Source: Selaginella moellendorffii (taxonomy: Eukaryota > Plantae > Lycopodiophyta). Taken from it: DNA of 64,000 bases. The position numbers and the translations under genes were made by a program. The notes beneath the pieces are model-generated. The model ran no database searches. It had not been told where the DNA came from and saw only the letters and a program-made list of their open reading frames with translations. This document shows, piece by piece, positions 58,374 to 64,000 of the stretch. Position 1 is the first letter of the stretch, and the number at the start of each line of letters is the position of its first letter. The stretch spans positions 1,822,116 through 1,886,115 of the forward strand of contig NW_003314290.1 in assembly GCF_000143415.4 (NCBI RefSeq). The letters run 5' to 3'.

Positions 58374-59995
58374 TGTAACCAACTAAATTTTCCATTCTAC
58401 TTTAGTCATTTAACCACACCTCCAACCACTTGGAGGAGTCTCACTCACAACCTCCATAAGTCCTATTTCGGACTTGGGGCTTGCTATCCTCGAAAATGGC
58501 ATCCATGTCACTCAACCTTTGCACTTGGTCCAAGTGCTTCACGTGTCCGATCCCATGATCAACACCCCAAGGTACCACTGACCTATTAGCCTGTTACGCT
58601 AAAGCCATGTCCCTTCACCTGAGTCACACCGGTGGTCTAACACCACCTACATCACAATCCCGTATCTCAAAGACTGGGCCATCCATCCATGAGTGATCAT
58701 CTTAGATCCACTCCTTAGCATCCTTAGGATGCCCACAGACAAAGGGAATAGCTTTTCCCAATATCCTTTTTCTGGTCCCCTCCAAGTCCCTTTTTGTCCA
58801 TGGCCATGTTTGCCAACACTACCACTAGGTCAAGGCCCACAGGCCCAACCACTAAGTTCCACAGTCCTTTGGGACTTCCTTAGCACACGACTGCATCTTT
58901 GGTCACTACACCAAAGAATTGCTCCTTTTCCTTCCCACAGTCTGGGCCTTTGGGACAATATTTCAGAACATTATGGCCCTACGCAAGCCTTGCAGGTACT
59001 CTCCCCGCCTTCTGCTTTTAGGTGCTTTAGCCATGGGCTTAGAGCCAGATTCCATTGAGCCATGCCAGGTATCCAAGTAAGTAGTGCCACCCATGCTTGG
59101 ATTGGGAGCATCGACCATTCGATCTCTCAGGGGAACTAGAGTCGGCTCTTGAACACTTCACCAAGCTACCCCACTTGTTAGTCTATATTCACTCTAGTCT
59201 TGGATTTCCCAGTGGTCAGCTCATCACCCAACACCTGGGTACAGCCTTCCTGGGCCAAATTGGCCTTTCCTAGCCAAATTGGCTCCATTGGGCTCCAACC
59301 CCCATACTCTCCCTACTATACTTTTGGAACCCCCCGCAGCCCCCCCCCCCGGGGGGACGATTGCTTTGGGTTTTCACCCAACAGCCTGTATTAGTATTCG
59401 GACTCAGATTCAGACTCAGTCTCGGTCCTGGTTTCGAACTCTAACTCGGTCTGGATCTTTATTCCATCTTGGACTCCATCTTAGACTCCTTCTTGCGTCC
59501 ATCTCAGACTCCATCTCGGGTCCATTTCAGGTCCATCTCAGATTCCATCTCAGACTCCATCTCAAGTCCATCTTGGGTCCATTTCAGGTCCAGCTCGGAC
59601 TCCATCTCGGGTCCATTTTGGACTCCATCTCGGACTCCATTTCGGGTCCATCTTAGACTCCATCTCAGACTCCATCTTGGGTCCATGTTGGATTCCATCT
59701 TAGACTCCATCTCGGGTCCATCTCGGACTCTATCTTAGCTCCATCTCAGACTCTATCTTAGACTCCTCCATGTGTTATGTCTTGGTCCTTTTGTGTCCCT
59801 TTTCTAAAGACTCACTTATCGCTTGTTTTGTGCTTGTTTCTCAAGCACTTCATTGGGAGTTCCACTCCCGCTCTCAACCTTTCAAGTCGGAGTTTTTAGT
59901 CCAAATGTGTTACACTCATTTGGCTTTCACTTTAGTCACTACCACGTGGCACCTTTTCGGCTCCACTTTGGGGCCTAGGGATTTTGTGTCTCACA
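58374..59995 (+). mobile_element. Probable solo LTR (~1.6 kb) with 12-bp tandem repeats
   Basis: Starts TGTAACC..AAATTTTCCATTCTA, similar to the reverse-complemented end of 11847-12963, and ends CTCACA. Imperfect TSD CAAAT/CAAAC. Confidence 0.6.
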
Positions 59996-60433
59996 CAAAC
60001 ACAATCACTGCATTGAGGCAACTGAGAGGGGATTTCGTTTGGTTGCAAGTTGTAAGTTGACAATTTTGTTATGATAGCAGTTCTTTGAAGGGGAAATTGA
60101 CTCTCGCTATGAGTGCAGCCTCACTTGTCGAGCACATTTTGGACGCTAGAAAAGTTCCATCGCCACAAGCATCGTTGCAGAAGCAGCACTGGAGAGGCTG
60201 CTCGACCAATCCAGGGCCAAGCTCACATGGCTAACTCTAGCATGATGACACCAAGCTTTCCTCGTCCAAGAAAATCCTTGAAATTGTTTCTCTCCCAGCT
60301 TGCTTGCGTTTCTCTCGCATCCTCCTTGATCTATAGCGTCAAAAAGAAAATAATGGAACATGAGGAGAGATGCTTGACCCTTATGGCTCTTTTGCTATGA
60401 TCTCTCTTTTGTTCTTGGCCACTGCTACTGTTA

Positions 60434-63400
60434 GGGGCTGGGTAGTTTTTGAGCTGAGCTCACGAGCTGAGCTCAAGTCAATGAAAGTCAACGAAAGTCA
60501 AAGGAAGTCAATACAATCCCTTAACTAGCGAAAGTTTAATGGCACTACCTTAGTTCGTCTCGAACCAAGAATTTTTAACATAAAATCTAGGTGTTTAAGG
60601 TATTCCATAAGCTCATGTAGATTATTGGTTCGACATGAACTAATCTTTTAGTCTACAAAAAATGAAAATAATATATTAAACAATATAATTTATATTAAAA
60701 TCAGAATATATTCAATCTTCTTCTGCTTCCATATCCAGAAAAGTAGAAATGGGTATAGTGGAATGCTCCTTCACTATAGGCTCGTGTTGTATGTAATGTT
60801 GTGCCATACGTTCAGCATAAATAGGTAAGTGGAATTGACTTCGGTCCATATGATCATCCATATCATCAAGATCAAGCGTGTGGACTGAAACACTGTGTGT
60901 GATAAGTGTAGACCTAATAAAATAGAAACATTTGAGAATAAATATTATAGATTATTTCAAGCACTAACATCACCTGTCGCAAAATCTCCTAAGAATGTCC
61001 TCAAAGGCACCCTCCTTCTCAAGTGCAAAAACCGCTCGGCCTGTCTCTTTTGCTGCCTGCACCATTGATCCAAATCCTGCTGTAGCATCAAGCACAATCC
61101 CCTTTGGCGGACAAAATAACTCCAACAAGATTTGCATGGCCGTGACCGAACGATGTCGATAACCAGGGAACGCTGGGTGAAGAACATCCGAGTCAATCAC
61201 ATTTGGGATGATGTCTGTAGAGCTGTCATATCCTGGTAAAGCAAGAGCAGCACGCTCGTCAGCTCGTGTGGCATTACGCCGGTTCCCAATGTGGCATAGA
61301 GCATGGTAGTTCCAGGAATAAATCTGGAAAAAAAAATAGAATAGAGTTAATTTATAAATAAAGAAGTCACACACCTTTCCCGTCTGCCTGCTAGTGCCTT
61401 TTATGTCCACCGCCATACTTGAAAGAAGGCAGCCAGATGAAAACTCAACAAATCCATCATCGTTGTCAGCCAAGTGTGCGAGAAGGCCTTCCCACATTAG
61501 AGAGCGAGGAAGGATCATGACAACCACACCCTCGTATGTCATGAAGCTGCTCGCAACCTTTAAGGCTTGGGAAATGTGTTGGGCCTGCAACACATTCCAT
61601 GACGGAGTATCCCCCTGCGGTGGTGCCATCCCATCGGGAAGATCAAAAAAGATGAAATCGATCTTCCCATAAGGTGTGAGCTGACCCAAACCATGGATCC
61701 ACCGATCAAGCATGTAGAGCTCCCGACTAGTAGCATCTAAAAGCTGTGTGTAATCCCCAATGAGAATAGCAACTTCCCCAACACTGGCCGTTGGGGATAG
61801 AGGGCGAACCTGAAAATCAATTATTAGAACTAAAAGTTGAAGATAAAATTCATGCTTACTAACCTGTTTATGCATCGCTGCAGAGGAGAGCTCTTCTAGG
61901 TCGTCATCTGTAGCCGTAGGGAGGGATGGGAAGAATGTTTTAGTCCGCCGAAAAGACTGATGGCTGCTCTCTGCAACATCTATAAAAAAGAAAGTGAAGT
62001 CAAGAATGAATAAAAGAATGTTCCAAATCAAAGTCCTTACTCTCATGAAAGGCTTCATGACGGCCCCTTCGGGGGTTGCGAGGAGCAGGTACTGGAATCT
62101 CTTGTGCTGGAATTTCCTGTACAGTTTCCTCTGGTTCAACGGTATTTGAATTTGGCATCTCCTGAATGGTTTCCTGAGTGCTGACTCCTAGGTTTAGTTG
62201 TTGAACTTCAACAACATCGTTATCACAGTCAGAAAGAGCCTCTAGAAAATAAGAATATAACTCAAGGTTAATATTTCCTAGCTAAGTGCTAAGTTTCAAG
62301 TGAACCTGGATGACATTCAAAGTAGAGATCTAGCTCGAAGTCCGATGTTGGCATTTGCTCCACGAGTTCAAGGTACCACGGGCATAGCTCCCTCTCATGT
62401 GTACAAGGACAGTAGAACTCTGGCTCATACATCCCAAGCTTCTTGCCTCTAGTCAAGAGCTTCTCGCAAAACACCGGTTGTGTATACCGGTGCGCCGGGG
62501 CTATATTTTAAATATCTACAAAGTAAAACAAAAATATAAATACCAATATATAAATGAGAATTGAAAAAATACCTGTAAACCATGCGCCTCGCAAGAAATG
62601 GTTGTCCTGGTTGGTTCTTGAACTCAGCCGAGCTCGTCCCACCACGTGGAAGCCAACCATTCCCTAGCTCCGCAAGACAAGCACGAATATATTCTTCGAG
62701 AGTGATACCTGTGCGGGTGCTGGAAAGAAACTTCTCATCCCAGACTTGTAGCATCTTCTCACCAGTGGCAATACTCTGAGAAATGTACGCCTTCTCCTTC
62801 ATCACCTTCTCCATCCTTATCTCGCAGCGTTTTTCGTTATTTCGTAGCCAAGTGTTGAGAAGTTCCAAGCAGACACTTTGTTCAGCAAAGGATATTTTAC
62901 TCTTAGAGATGTTGTAAATGAGTTCCTCCGGTGCTTTACCAGTTCCTACACACACAAAGAGTTATGAAATGTTTCACAAATTTTATAAGAACTTACGAAC
63001 GCGAGAACAAATCTCGGCAATGCTATCAAGCCATTCCTGCCCGCGTCGTATGTCTGCAATCGAGAGCAATTTTTTCACCTTTGTTCTCTTCGTATTCAAA
63101 ATTCGCTGCTCAATCGCATGCCACTCCATCTCCTTCTGCTGCTCGTCCCCTCGGGCATTTTTAAAGAATGACGCTCTTTCTCCTTTGATTATGGGCTGCA
63201 AGAAACATTATGTAAGTTGATACATACTTCAATAATAATTTACCTTCGCCCAGACAGCAACTAGAAAATCAAGTGGTAGTTGGTACCAAGTCTGCAATTC
63301 TTGGCCTTTCCTAGCTGCTAGCTTCACTCGAATTGCTTCAAATACCTCACGATTGTACAACGTTTGGACCTCCTCTAGCGAGAGCATACCCATAAACCGA

Positions 63401-64000
63401 AGGTGCTCAATGTCATGTACCAATGTATGAGCTTGAAACGCCAATTGGTTTAGCCTGCAAAAACACGATATTAGCTAAGTTTACAAAAAATAAATTCTTA
63501 CATGTTGATCTTATGGCATGCCATGTTGAGCTTCACAGTATGCTCCCGAGTCATTGGTTCGACAAGTGTGACTGGAACACTAATGTGTCGTTCTTCGTCA
63601 TCTCGAAACTTCTCTTGAATGCACTTCCAAAATGCCAGCCACCTATGGTTTCCATCGATCACCCAAAAGAGCTTTCCAATGAACCCTGCTGTCTCCACAT
63701 GTTGTCCTAAGAATCCATCAAACTCACGAGACTTTCGCAGCCATATAGGATCCCATTTTTCCTCAAGTTCAGTAGTCACTGACTCTGTCCGGCCGGTTCC
63801 AGGGAAAGTTGGTGAAACGATGAAGGTACCAGCTGTGCTCCCAAACCCGACCTCGGCAAAGGAACTGTAGATAGCCATGTTGAGGTCGTAAGCTGAGCGC
63901 ACCCAATGGCTTTGAACCAATCGGCACAAAGGAACTAGAAATCGATGAGGGCCATTCCACGCCATTTCCTGTAACACTTTACTGACTGTCCGTTCTTGAG
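60434..64000. mobile_element. Second Mutator-like element, inverted relative to the first; runs off the window end
   Basis: Begins GGGGCTGGGTAGTTTTTGAGCT...AAGTCAATGAAAGTC, matching the reverse complement of ~50915-50972. Paralogous empty site CTGCTGTTA|TGTGAGAG at 56581-56597. Confidence 0.85.
60712..64000 (-). CDS. Spliced ParB-like + beta-class N4/N6 DNA methyltransferase fusion; 5' end outside the window; one apparent +1 frameshift at ~62467
   Basis: FWVIDGNHRWLAF (ParB-like), KIDFIFFDLPDG (motif IV position), YRHRSVTAMQILLELFCPPKGIVLDATAGFGSMVQAAKETGRAVFALEKE (motifs X-I-II). About 9 short GT-AG introns. Last exon ends FLDMEAEED-stop at 60712. Confidence 0.8.

Noticed and set aside
60970-62139. 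The 389-aa ORF as a stand-alone protein
   Set aside because: It reads through three introns (e.g. VCDFFIYKLTLFYFFFQ). The real product is the larger spliced gene.
60712-64000. Bacterial or phage contamination as the source of the ParB-MTase
   Set aside because: The gene has many spliceosomal introns, an LTR insertion in its paralogue and TSD-linked plant flanks.

Overview
Eukaryotic plant nuclear DNA. Dense genes, ~50-70 bp GT-AG introns, PLS-class PPR genes and (CCCTAAA)n suggest a compact-genome land plant such as the lycophyte Selaginella (inference). The first ~25 kb is gene-rich: CXE carboxylesterase, UBA2 RRM protein, TMEM234, two PPR genes, R3HCC1-like, TGD3, F-box, a dead papain-like protease and AAE14/MenE, with scrambled pseudogene fragments between them. 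From ~25.8 kb on is a tandemly duplicated accessory region carrying nested transposons whose ends can be read by eye. (i) A 23.5-kb Mutator-like element (27443-50972; 9-bp TSD TCATGATAG; empty sites in paralogous copies) encodes a decayed GCM-DDE-SWIM transposase and, divergently, a spliced ParB-like + beta-class N4/N6 DNA-methyltransferase fusion gene. (ii) A 13.7-kb Sola-like element (32066-45737; 4-bp TSD CAAG; 24-bp TIRs) is inserted inside it. It carries an open 1036-aa transposase, its own diverged ParB-like/MTase-like gene, an FCP1/NIF phosphatase-like gene and about 30 copies of a 22-bp palindrome. (iii) Solo LTRs with 5-bp TSDs. (iv) A second Mutator-like element starts at 60434 with a near-intact ParB-MTase gene. 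The main candidate for a new system is bacterial/phage-style ParB-methyltransferase cargo, spliced and carried by two unrelated plant DNA transposon superfamilies, each with its own palindromic array. All domain calls are by-eye motif recognition, not database hits.
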